Origin: Vicinamibacterales bacterium
GTDB lineage: Bacteria > Acidobacteriota > Vicinamibacteria > Vicinamibacterales > 2-12-FULL-66-21
DNA length: 64,000 nucleotides
Direction of reading: 5' to 3'
Assembly (NCBI GenBank): GCA_048594975.1
Contig: JBMDXQ010000104.1
Location: 36,552-100,551 of the forward strand
How positions within the stretch are numbered: the first letter of the stretch is position 1; every line of letters begins with the position of its first letter. Under the pieces are notes generated by a model, which made no database searches, had not been told where the DNA came from, and saw only the letters and a list, made by a program, of their open reading frames with translations. The translations under genes and the position numbers were made by a program. This document shows positions 52,417 to 60,957 of the stretch, one piece after another.

Positions 52417-52529
52417 GAGTCGACAGTCGACAGTCGAACGTCAAAGGCAGGGTCCAAGTCAGAGTCAGAGTCAGAGTCGCGAGTCGGCATCAGAGTCGCG
52501 AGTCGAGTCAGAGTCGAGTCGCATCAGAG
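52417..52529. repeat. Short tandem repeat block rich in GAGTC (AGTCGAC x3, CAGAGT x3, ATCAGAGTCGCGAGTCG x2)
   Basis: Ten exact GAGTC copies begin at 52417, 52462, 52468, 52474, 52481, 52493, 52500, 52505, 52511 and 52516. All are on the plus strand, in the spacer between convergent genes. Confidence 0.85.
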
Positions 52530-52639
52530 CCCGCTCGGCCGACATGGCGCGTCTGAAGTGTGCGCTGCGGCTCGGAAGTAGCGAAGACCGACAGGGCAGC
52601 GGGCTGCGGTCGTAGTGCAGCCTTCAGGGCTGCCCTCAC

Positions 52640-52684
52640 GCAAAACCCACAAACAAACCGCCGCGGGCCAGAATCCCGCGGCGG
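52640..52684 (-). terminator. Intrinsic terminator for the Big/PKD lipoprotein gene
   Basis: Minus-strand sequence is CCGCCGCGGG-ATTCTGG-CCCGCGGCGG followed by TTTGTTTGTGGGTTTTG. The stem is 52658-52667 paired with 52675-52684. It begins 34 nt after the stop at 52718. Confidence 0.65.
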
Positions 52685-52717
52685 TTCACGTCCACGCTCG
52701 GTCTGGCAGCAGCTACT

Positions 52718-54064
52718 CTAGTTCGATCCCGTGCAGCCAGTGACGTTGACCGTAGCGAAACCGTCGCCCGTTGGGGCGCCCGGGGCCGCTTGCACAACCG
52801 TGACGGAGATGGTCTTGCTTCCATTTACGGACCAGCGTACCGGCGCTTGGTTTCCTGTGGTCGTCGCACTGGTGGGATCGGCCCCCGGACCGCCGAAGGT
52901 CCACAGATATCGCACGATGCTGGACGTGTTTCCCGAAACCTGCGCGCGCACGATTACGTCCTGGTTGCAGGTTGGTGACGTGGTCGAAGGTGTCACGATG
53001 ACCGATGGCGGCTGGGCGGGCAGAATGGTGACGGCGGTTGACACTTGCTCAGTGAACCCGCTCGCCTCGACGGCCGTGGCTTCCACGATATAGGTGTTGG
53101 GCTCGTCGTAGGTGTGTTGAATAGTCGTCTGGCCGCTGATCGCGCCGAGCGATCGCTCCTCGCCGTCGCCGAAATCCACTTCCACGCTGCGGATGTTGGC
53201 CGTGCTGGAGACGTTGACTGTGAAGGTCGCGGGAACACCAGCCGACACCGGCGTGGTCGGTCCGGCGATGGTGATGCCGGTACGAGGATTCAGTTTCACC
53301 GTGACGGTCGCGGTCTTGCCCGCGACGTTCGCCGTCACGATCGTTTCCCTGGCGGTCGTCAGCGTCGTCCGCGCGACGCCGTTCTCGTCAGTGATGGCAG
53401 ACGAGGCGGAGAGCGTGCCGTTGTCGGCGGTGAACGTGACGGGGACTCCCGTCAAGCCGAGGCCGGACGTGTTCTCGACGCGCGCGGAGATGGTGGACGT
53501 CCCGCCGGACGGGTTCAACGTCTGCGGGGTGGCCGAGAGCACGATGTGATCCGCGGCGGCGGATCCGACGAGGATGTTCTCGAGCCTGCCGCTCGCGCCG
53601 CCTGAGTACGCCGTGATCGTGGCGGTGCCGCTCTGGCCGTTGCCGCGGAACTTCACGCGCACCTCGCCGTTGTGCGTGCGCGCCTCCTGCGGTTCGATGA
53701 TGCCGATGGTGGCCGTGAACCGCACGACCGTCCCGTTCTGCACGGGCGTGCCGGCGGCGCGGGTCGTCGTGGTCGTCGGCGTGGCTCCGGTCCCGGGCGT
53801 CGTGCCCGTTCCGTTGCCCGGCGTCGTGCCGGTCGAGGGTGGCGCCGCGGTGCCGTTCTCGATGACGGTCGCAATGATGTCAACCTCTCCGTTGGCCGGC
53901 ACCGTCATAGAAGAAGAGAACAGCGTAATGACGGAGCCGGTCGGCGCCATCAGCGGGACCTTGTCGCAGGCGGCGGCAAACGACAGGACGCCGAGGGCGG
54001 CCGCGAAGGCGATCGCGCGGGCTCGGTGTGTTACCATAATGGGCGCTAAGGATAATACTCTCAT
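52718..54064 (-). CDS. Lipoprotein with bacterial Ig-like (Big_1/invasin-type) and PKD-like domains
   Basis: Lipobox is LSFAAAC. Repeated Ig-like modules include TATITAYSGGASG, STISARVENTSGLGLTGVPVTFTADNGTLS and ENGVARTTLT. A PKD-like segment is VDFGDGEE...HTYDEPNTYIVEATA. The first 9 codons are AT-rich, so ATG 54037 may be the real start. Confidence 0.8.
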   Translation of the reverse strand: MRVLSLAPIMVTHRARAIAFAAALGVLSFAAACDKVPLMAPTGSVITLFSSSMTVPANGEVDIIATVIENGTAAPPSTGTTPGNGTGTTPGTGATPTTTTTRAAGTPVQNGTVVRFTATIGIIEPQEARTHNGEVRVKFRGNGQSGTATITAYSGGASGRLENILVGSAAADHIVLSATPQTLNPSGGTSTISARVENTSGLGLTGVPVTFTADNGTLSASSAITDENGVARTTLTTARETIVTANVAGKTATVTVKLNPRTGITIAGPTTPVSAGVPATFTVNVSSTANIRSVEVDFGDGEERSLGAISGQTTIQHTYDEPNTYIVEATAVEASGFTEQVSTAVTILPAQPPSVIVTPSTTSPTCNQDVIVRAQVSGNTSSIVRYLWTFGGPGADPTSATTTGNQAPVRWSVNGSKTISVTVVQAAPGAPTGDGFATVNVTGCTGSN

Positions 54065-54821
54065 GCATTTAGCGGGTCAAGGCGCAGGCGGCGCCCCGCG
54101 CGCGGGTGCCGCGGGCTACGCGATGGCGGCGCTGCTCGTGACCCTTGGCGTCATGGCCGTGATGCTGAGCGCCGCGATGCCGGTGTGGCGCCACCAGGCG
54201 CAGCGTGAGAAGGAAGAAGAGCTGATTTTCCGCGGCGAGCAGTATGCGCGAGCCGTCGCGCTGTTTCAGCGCAAGATGGGGCCGGGCACCATCCCGCCGA
54301 ACGTGGACGTCCTCGTCCAGCAGAAGTTCCTCCGCAAGAAGTACAAGGATCCGATGGTGCCCGACGGCGAGTTCCAGATCATCCCGTTCGGGGGCGCGGC
54401 CCCGCAGACGGGGCAGCCCGGATCGACCCGGCAGGGTCCCGGTGTTCCCGGAGCGGGCCGCGGGCCTCAGGCATCCGGTCGCGGCTCCCCACCGGGGTTC
54501 GGAGCCTCGACGATCAGCGGCGTGCCCGGGCAGTCGGCGGGGTTCACCGGCGGCGGCGTGATGGGTGTCGTGAGCAAGAGCAAGGAAGCGTCGATTCGGA
54601 TCTACCGCGGCGCCGCGTACTACAACCAGTGGCGCTTCATTTACGTCCAGCCGCAACCGGGCCAGGGAGAGGCCGGCGGCGGGAGGGGACTCGGGCCGGG
54701 ACGGGGCCGCGGCGCCGGCCCGGGTGCCGGAAGAGGCGGCGGGATGGGGCCAGGTGGCGGACGCGGACAAGGCCAGGGCCGCGGGGTCCCCTTCCCCGGG
54801 GGACGCGGGCGCGGCCAGTAA
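54063..54821 (+). CDS. GspG-like pseudopilin-fold membrane protein with atypical N-terminus and Gly/Arg-rich tail
   Basis: This is the in-frame C-terminal part of track ORF 53574..54821. N-terminal helix is GYAMAALLVTLGVMAVMLSAAMPVW, with no Glu at position +5. Contains EEELIFRGEQYARAVALFQRKMGPGTIPPNVDVLV..FLRKKYKDPM. The tail is GGGRGLGPGRGRGAGPGAGRGGGMGPGGGRGQGQGRGVPFPGGRGRGQ. Confidence 0.65.
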   Translation: MHLAGQGAGGAPRAGAAGYAMAALLVTLGVMAVMLSAAMPVWRHQAQREKEEELIFRGEQYARAVALFQRKMGPGTIPPNVDVLVQQKFLRKKYKDPMVPDGEFQIIPFGGAAPQTGQPGSTRQGPGVPGAGRGPQASGRGSPPGFGASTISGVPGQSAGFTGGGVMGVVSKSKEASIRIYRGAAYYNQWRFIYVQPQPGQGEAGGGRGLGPGRGRGAGPGAGRGGGMGPGGGRGQGQGRGVPFPGGRGRGQ

Positions 54822-54906
54822 GCGGGCCGTCTGGATCGCCACGGCCATGAGACGGTGTCGGGGCGCCGCGCGGATGGTTTTTCATAGCCCGGCCTGACCC
54901 GGGGAT

Positions 54907-56688
54907 TCATCCGCCCGCCACGAGCCGCTTGCCGAGGACCACGGCTCCCACCACCGCGGTCGCGGCCATGATTCCTGCCGCCATCCAGCCACCAAAGAGC
55001 ATCTCTCCGGCACCGAAGAGCGTCGAGTAGACGACCACGATCCCCAGGATCCAGTTGACGAATCGCGGCGCAAGCCGCTCCGGGGGTTCGCCTGTTGAAC
55101 CAGCGAGGCCTGCGACGCCGCGCCAGCCCGGCCCGGCCGGACGCACCCGGCGGTAGAAGGCGACGAGCCTCGCGTCCGGCTCCGGCGCCGTCGCGAACGT
55201 AGCCGCCAGCCAGGCGGCGGTAGTAACGGCCACCGTGGTGAGGATCGTTTCAGCAAACCCGAGCGGCGTGGTGCCGTCGAACGCGCCGGACCACCGCAGT
55301 CCGAGCGACACCACCAGCGCCGCGGTCATGGCGACGATTTCCGACCAGGCGTTGATCCGCCACCAGTACCAGCGGAGGATGTACACGAGGCCAGTCCCAG
55401 CGCCCAGCGTCAGCAGCAGCTCCCAGCCGCCCGTGATCCGGTTCATGAAGTAGGTCACGATCACCGAGAGCGCTACCGTGAGGACCGTCGCGGCACGCGA
55501 GACGGCCACGTAATGCGCCTCCGTTCCGTCGCGGCGCACGAAACGCCGGTAGAAGTCGTTGACCAGGTAGCTCGATCCCCAGTTGAGCTGAGTGGCGATG
55601 GTGCTCATGTACGCCGCCGCGAACGAGGCGAGGGCCAGGCCGCGGAGGCCCGCAGGCAGGAACTCGTTCATGATCCGCACGTATCCGAACGCGGGGTCGA
55701 CCTCGCCGGTTGCGGGGTTCACCGGGGCGCCCTTGTACAGCACCAGCGAGCAGAGGGCGACGACGATCCACGGCCAGGGTCGCAGCGCGTAGTGCGCGGC
55801 GTTGAACCAGAGCGTCGCGAGCACACCGTGGCGCTCGTCACGCGCGGAGAAGATGCGCTGCGCAACATAGCCGCCTCCGCCCGGCTCGGCGCCGGGATAC
55901 CACGACGCCCACCAGTTCACGCCCAGGTAGGTGGCGAGAGTGACGAGCGGCAGCATCCAGGCGGCGGAGCCGTCCGGCCACAGGGCCAAGGCACCCCCGC
56001 CGAACGTCTCCGAGGCGCCGGCCGGCATGACCTGTTCGAGACCTGCCTTCAGCCGATCGATGCCGCCGACGGCCCGAACGGCCAGAACCGCGAGCACGAT
56101 CGAGCCGATCATCGCGATGACGAACTGCACCGCGTCGGTGACGACGACGCCCCAGATGCCGGAAATGGAGGAGTAGGCGAGAGTGATGGTGAGGCAGAAC
56201 GCGAGCGCCTGCCACTTCTGCAGGCCGAGCGTACCGCTCAGGACCTTGACCATCCCGAGGTTCACCCAGCCCATGATGATCAGGTTGACGGCGAGCCCGA
56301 GGTACAGCGATCGGAACGCGCGCAGGAACGCCGCCGGCCGGCCGGAGTAGCGCAGTTCGACGAACTCGACGTCGGTGACGACCTCGGCACGGCGCCACAG
56401 CCGAGCGAAGAAGAAGACCGTCAGCATCCCGCTCGGCAGCATCGACCACCACAGCCAGTTGCCCGCGACGCCGTTGCGGGCGACCATCTCGGTCACCGCG
56501 AGGGGTGTGTCGGCGGCGAAGGTGGTGGCCACCATCGAGGTCCCGGCGAGCCACCAGGGCAGCGACCGTCCCGCGACGAAGAACTCGGCGGTGCTCTCGC
56601 CGGCGCGCCGGTAGTAATAGAGGCCGATCGCCAGCGAGAGGACGAAGTAGGCGGCGATGATCAGCCAGTCGACGGTGGTCAGGTACAT
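54907..56688 (-). CDS. Sodium:solute symporter (SSS) family transporter
   Basis: 593 aa, polytopic. N-terminus is DWLIIAAYFVLSLAIGLYYYRRAGESTAEFFVAGRSLPWWLAGTSMVATTFAADTPL. Confidence 0.9.
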   Translation of the reverse strand: MYLTTVDWLIIAAYFVLSLAIGLYYYRRAGESTAEFFVAGRSLPWWLAGTSMVATTFAADTPLAVTEMVARNGVAGNWLWWSMLPSGMLTVFFFARLWRRAEVVTDVEFVELRYSGRPAAFLRAFRSLYLGLAVNLIIMGWVNLGMVKVLSGTLGLQKWQALAFCLTITLAYSSISGIWGVVVTDAVQFVIAMIGSIVLAVLAVRAVGGIDRLKAGLEQVMPAGASETFGGGALALWPDGSAAWMLPLVTLATYLGVNWWASWYPGAEPGGGGYVAQRIFSARDERHGVLATLWFNAAHYALRPWPWIVVALCSLVLYKGAPVNPATGEVDPAFGYVRIMNEFLPAGLRGLALASFAAAYMSTIATQLNWGSSYLVNDFYRRFVRRDGTEAHYVAVSRAATVLTVALSVIVTYFMNRITGGWELLLTLGAGTGLVYILRWYWWRINAWSEIVAMTAALVVSLGLRWSGAFDGTTPLGFAETILTTVAVTTAAWLAATFATAPEPDARLVAFYRRVRPAGPGWRGVAGLAGSTGEPPERLAPRFVNWILGIVVVYSTLFGAGEMLFGGWMAAGIMAATAVVGAVVLGKRLVAGG

Positions 56689-56821
56689 ACGGTTCTTCGG
56701 CAGCCGGTAAGCGTTGCCCTACAGCCTCACAGTTATGCGGTCACGCACATCGCGGCTGCGCCACCCGGCACGCTTGGCACGAAGGCACGAGAAGCCGAGG
56801 CGACGCCGTCGCTGCATCCAC

Positions 56822-57961
56822 TTACGGGTCACCCTCCGACGACATCCCTGTCGCCTCTACCACCGCATCGTGCAAGCGCGGCCGGACTTGCTGAATCGCG
56901 TCGTTCTCGCGCGTCGGGTGCACGCGGTTGGTGAGCAGCACCACGTAGAGGTCCCGCTCCCAGTCAATCCACAGCGACGTGCCGGTAAAGCCGGTATGGC
57001 CGATGGCGTTCGGCGACATCCGCGTGCCGCACGACGAGGTCGGAACCATCGTGTCCCAGCCGAGGGTGCGCGAACTGCCGGGAACCGCCGCGCGGCGCAC
57101 GAACGTGCGCGCCGTCGTGGTCCTCGCGAGCAGGTCGCGGCCGTGCAGCGTGAGCAGCATCGCGCGCGCGAACGCGCCAACTGCCGCGGCGGTGCCGAAC
57201 AGCCCGGCGTGGCCGGCCGCCCCGCCGAGCGCCCACGCGTTCTCGTCGTGCACCTCGCCCACGAGCAGGCGCCCGCGCCAGCGGTCGACCTCCGTCGGTG
57301 CGGTCTCGGGCCGCCAGGCGCGAGGCGGGTTGAAGGTCAGCGGCTCGGACGTGAGGTACGTGGCCAGCCGGCGGAACCGGCCGGCCAGGGTCGTAGCCGG
57401 ATCCCAGCGGCCGAGGGGGATTCTCGACTGTTCTGCCGCCGTGTCGTCCCTGCGAGAAAGGTCGAGTGCCGTCGTCTCGAGGATGAACCCGAGGAGGATG
57501 AAACCCAGGTCGCTGTAGACCGACTGCGTGCGCGGCTCGTACTCGAGTGGCAGCTCGCAGATCGCGTGTTCGAACTCGGGCCGTCCGGTGCAGTCCCGGT
57601 AGAACGGCATGTACCCCGTCAGCCCGGAGCAGTGCGCGAGCAGGTCGCGGATAGTCACGCGCTCGCGATCGTGTCCGCGCCACGACCGCAGCCGCTCCGC
57701 TACGGGCGTGTCGAGCGACAGCGTGTCCTCGTCCACGGCGCGCATTGCCAGCGTCGTCGTGACGATCACCTTCGTCAGCGACGCGAGATCGAACAGGGTG
57801 CGCGGCGACGTGGGGGGGGCGTCGGCATCGTAGGTGAGCCGGCCGAACGCGGCGGTCCAGAGCGCCCCGTGCGAGCGGCCGACGTCCACGGAGGCGGCGG
57901 GAAATGCCTGTGCCGCGATCGCCTCCTGCAGGACCGCCTCGGCGCCGGCGAAGGGGGTCAC
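56822..57961 (-). CDS. Serine hydrolase of the beta-lactamase/PBP fold (AmpH/AmiE-like)
   Basis: This is the C-terminal 379 aa of track ORF 56822..59371. The GTG at 57961 overlaps the upstream symporter stop (GTGA). S-x-x-K motif is FDLASLTKV. Contains YSDLGF, and H-T-G ([11 protein letters not shown]). Confidence 0.85.
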   Translation of the reverse strand: MTPFAGAEAVLQEAIAAQAFPAASVDVGRSHGALWTAAFGRLTYDADAPPTSPRTLFDLASLTKVIVTTTLAMRAVDEDTLSLDTPVAERLRSWRGHDRERVTIRDLLAHCSGLTGYMPFYRDCTGRPEFEHAICELPLEYEPRTQSVYSDLGFILLGFILETTALDLSRRDDTAAEQSRIPLGRWDPATTLAGRFRRLATYLTSEPLTFNPPRAWRPETAPTEVDRWRGRLLVGEVHDENAWALGGAAGHAGLFGTAAAVGAFARAMLLTLHGRDLLARTTTARTFVRRAAVPGSSRTLGWDTMVPTSSCGTRMSPNAIGHTGFTGTSLWIDWERDLYVVLLTNRVHPTRENDAIQQVRPRLHDAVVEATGMSSEGDP

Positions 57962-59496
57962 GATCGGAGCGCGGACGCGGCGGGCGCGCCCTCGTGGACG
58001 ACCTTCGAAACCAGCCACCCGGCCGCGAACGTCGTCACCGAGCCGATGAGCACGTACCACTGCCAGCTGACCGCCGTCTGCAGCTTGACCGCGAGCATCA
58101 GCGCGGCGCCGCCGAGGATTCCGGCGAACGCGGCCCGCTGGCCGACGCGGCCCGTGAACGTGCCGAGGAAGAACGTGCCGAGGATGACGCCGTTGGTGAA
58201 CGACGCGATGCCGAGCACCTCGTCCACGACGCGGCTCGACAGCCAGATGGCCGCGATGGCGACCACCGTTTGGATGACCCCGAAGAGGGCGGTCATCACG
58301 CGGGACGTCTTCAGGTAGTGTCGGTCGGTGTGCCGCCCGCCCGTCGCGGGCACGTAGAAGTCGTTTACCACCGCCGCCGCCGACGAATTCAGCGACGACG
58401 ACAGCGTGGACATCGCGGCGGCGAAGATCGCGGCGAGGACGAGCCCGACCAGGCCCACCGGCAGGTGCCGGACGATGAAGTACGGGAAGATGCGGTCGGT
58501 CTGGATGCGGCCGGCGCGCATGAACTCGCCGACCTCCGCCGGGGCGTGCTGGGTGTAGTAGACGAACAGCATCGCGCCGATCACCAGGAACAGCACGAAC
58601 TGCGCGAACACCATCACGCCGCTCCACAGCAGCGCCTTGCGCGCGTCCCCGGCGTTCTGCGCGCAGAAGTAGCGCTGCACCATCAGCTGATCGGTGCCAT
58701 GCGTCGCCGTCGTCAGGAAGGCGCCGCCGACGACCCCGGACCAGAAGGTGTAGCTCCGCGTCAGACTCCACGTGAAGTCGAGGAGGCGGAACCTGCCGGC
58801 GTCCCCGGCGACCTGCTGTACCTCCGGCCAGCCGCCCGGGATCAACGCCAGCAGCACCACCGCGGCTGCGCCGGCCCCCACCAGGTAGATCACCAGCTGG
58901 ATGACGTCGGTCCAGATCACGGCGGTCATCCCGCCGTGGAACGTGTAAATGATGGTCGCGATCGCCATCACGATCACCGACACGACCAGGATCGCGTAGG
59001 TCGGATCGACGCCGGGCAGGTAGCGCCCGACGACCTCGTCGGCGGTCGGCGTCACGCGGATCACGGCGGCCAGCACGAGCCCGGTGGAGAAGAGACGGAA
59101 GCCGTCGGCCATACTGCGCGTCAGCAGGAACACGCCCGAGGCGAGCCGTTTCACGCCGCCGCCGAAGCGGTCGCCGAGCAGCTGGTAGACGGTCAGCAGG
59201 TCTCCTTTGAAGTACGCGGGGATGAACAGGATCGAGACGGCGACGCGCCCGACCATGTAGCCCATCACCAGCTGCAGGAACGTGAAGTCGGTGCCGAAGG
59301 CGTAGCCCGGCACGCTGATGAACGTGACGGTGCTCGTCTCGGTGGCGACGATCGACCCCATGATCGCCCACCAGGGCAGCCGCTTGCCGGAGACGAAATA
59401 GTCCTGGATCGTCTGGTGCGACTTCGAGAAGTAGGCGCCGAAGGCGACCATGCCGACGAAGTAGACGACGAGGACGATGACGTCGAGCAGGTGCAC
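57958..59496 (-). CDS. Sodium:solute symporter (SSS) family transporter
   Basis: 512 aa. Contains [33 protein letters not shown]. Polytopic. Confidence 0.9.
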   Translation of the reverse strand: MHLLDVIVLVVYFVGMVAFGAYFSKSHQTIQDYFVSGKRLPWWAIMGSIVATETSTVTFISVPGYAFGTDFTFLQLVMGYMVGRVAVSILFIPAYFKGDLLTVYQLLGDRFGGGVKRLASGVFLLTRSMADGFRLFSTGLVLAAVIRVTPTADEVVGRYLPGVDPTYAILVVSVIVMAIATIIYTFHGGMTAVIWTDVIQLVIYLVGAGAAAVVLLALIPGGWPEVQQVAGDAGRFRLLDFTWSLTRSYTFWSGVVGGAFLTTATHGTDQLMVQRYFCAQNAGDARKALLWSGVMVFAQFVLFLVIGAMLFVYYTQHAPAEVGEFMRAGRIQTDRIFPYFIVRHLPVGLVGLVLAAIFAAAMSTLSSSLNSSAAAVVNDFYVPATGGRHTDRHYLKTSRVMTALFGVIQTVVAIAAIWLSSRVVDEVLGIASFTNGVILGTFFLGTFTGRVGQRAAFAGILGGAALMLAVKLQTAVSWQWYVLIGSVTTFAAGWLVSKVVHEGAPAASALRS

Positions 59497-59503
59497 GGCG
59501 AGG

Positions 59504-60754
59504 TCAGCGGCCGCCGGCGCGGGCCGGGCGCTCGCCGAAGGCGGCGCGCCCGATGGCGGCCAGGTAGCCGGGCTGCGCCTGCCGAGGATCGGTCACGCTG
59601 TCGTACGAGAAAAGAACGATCCCCGCCGCGCCGAGCCGGCGGGCCGTCTGGATGTTCTCGATGGTCTGCGTCGCGCTCAGGCGGAACGCGCCGATGCCGG
59701 CCCAGACGGGACGATCGCCCGCCGCGTCGCGCGCCGCAGAGACCTGGCCGGCGAATGCCTCCGGCTCCGGAGCGTAGGCCATCGGGCACAGCGCATCGAG
59801 CAGGCCCGCGTCGACCCAGTGCTTCCAGTCCTGCAGGCGGTGCTCGACGGCCTCGCGCGGGTCGGGAACGGTTGCGGCGGTCACGAGGGCGTCGGGTCGC
59901 TCGGCCTTCACCGCGTCGTACAGCCGGCGCACCAGCGCGGTCATGCGGGCGATCCGGAACTCGCGCCATTCCGCCGTCAGCGCGTCGGGGTAGGCGACCA
60001 CGTCGTCGGCGTGCCGCGCGTCGAGCGCGCGCCGATCGGCCTCGGCGAGGCGCGGGCGCACGTGCGCGCGGAACTCCGCGATGGCGCTGCGGCTGTAGTC
60101 GAAGCGCTCGTCGGGATAGCGCGCGTAGTCGAGGTGCACGCCGTCGACCTCGTAGCGCCGCGCGACGTCGCGGACGACCGCCTCGGTGTGCGCCGCGGAT
60201 GCTGGCAGGATCGGCGTCGCGTACAGGCCCTCGATCTCCTCGGCGCGCGCCCGCGTCCAGCGCGCCAGCTTGCCCAGGTAGGCCGGGCTGTCCGGCTCGA
60301 CGGCCGCGAGCTCGCGGGCGAGATCGCGCGGGACCATCAGCCACGCCGGCCGGCGATGGACGACGTGTCCGCGGGCGGTGGGGAGCTCCGCGGCGCTCGA
60401 GATCAGGTTGACGTTCACCCACGCGTGCACGCTCAGGCCCGCGGGGTGCGCCGCGGCGATCACGGCCGCGAGCGGGTCGAAGCGCGCCGGCTGCGACAGC
60501 AGGTCGGCGGCGAGCGGCTCGAGGCCGCTGCGGTAGTAGGCATCGCCGCGCCCGCGGACCTGCACGAGCAGCGAGTTGAAACCGTGCTCGCGGGCCGACT
60601 GCACCAGCGTGCTCACGGTTGCGGGAGTGGTGAGCGAAGTGCGCAGGACCCAGAGCGCGCGCACCTCCGTTGCCGGGGAGCGCGCGCTGCCGGGAGCGCG
60701 ATCCGGCGTGCCTGCCGGGACGCCGGCCTGGAAGAGCCACGCCGCTGCGGCCAT
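59504..60754 (-). CDS. Glycoside hydrolase-like GHL10 (DUF187/YngK-like) protein, secreted
   Basis: Contains [53 protein letters not shown] and [11 protein letters not shown]. The start is uncertain: ATG 60754 or GTG 60772. Track ORF extends to 60898. Confidence 0.75.
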   Translation of the reverse strand: MAAAAWLFQAGVPAGTPDRAPGSARSPATEVRALWVLRTSLTTPATVSTLVQSAREHGFNSLLVQVRGRGDAYYRSGLEPLAADLLSQPARFDPLAAVIAAAHPAGLSVHAWVNVNLISSAAELPTARGHVVHRRPAWLMVPRDLARELAAVEPDSPAYLGKLARWTRARAEEIEGLYATPILPASAAHTEAVVRDVARRYEVDGVHLDYARYPDERFDYSRSAIAEFRAHVRPRLAEADRRALDARHADDVVAYPDALTAEWREFRIARMTALVRRLYDAVKAERPDALVTAATVPDPREAVEHRLQDWKHWVDAGLLDALCPMAYAPEPEAFAGQVSAARDAAGDRPVWAGIGAFRLSATQTIENIQTARRLGAAGIVLFSYDSVTDPRQAQPGYLAAIGRAAFGERPARAGGR

Positions 60755-60898
60755 CGCCACGCCGGCACGCACCCGCGCGATGCGGAGCCGGCCTGCTGCC
60801 GGTTGTCTACACAAAACGCCGGACTCTAACAGGTGGCGGTTCAGGGTGTCAACGCGATGGCACCCGGGGCACATCGGGCAACCGGCGGCATGCGGCAA

Positions 60899-60918
60899 GT
60901 GATATCCTGATATATCAC
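60899..60918. promoter_or_regulatory. AT-rich palindrome GTGATAT-N6-ATATCAC in the divergent promoter region (candidate operator)
   Basis: GTGATAT at 60899-60905 and ATATCAC at 60912-60918 are exact reverse complements. The palindrome lies 40 nt upstream of the receptor gene ATG. It is the only AT-rich island in this spacer. Confidence 0.4.
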
Positions 60919-60957
60919 TCCATCGTCCTCTTCAATCCGCTTTTCTTGGGAGTTGCC

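Noticed and set aside
56822-59371. 849-aa ORF spanning the symporter and hydrolase genes
   Set aside because: Only the C-terminal 379 aa (beta-lactamase fold) make sense. The upstream part is out-of-frame overlap with the real SSS transporter (57958..59496).
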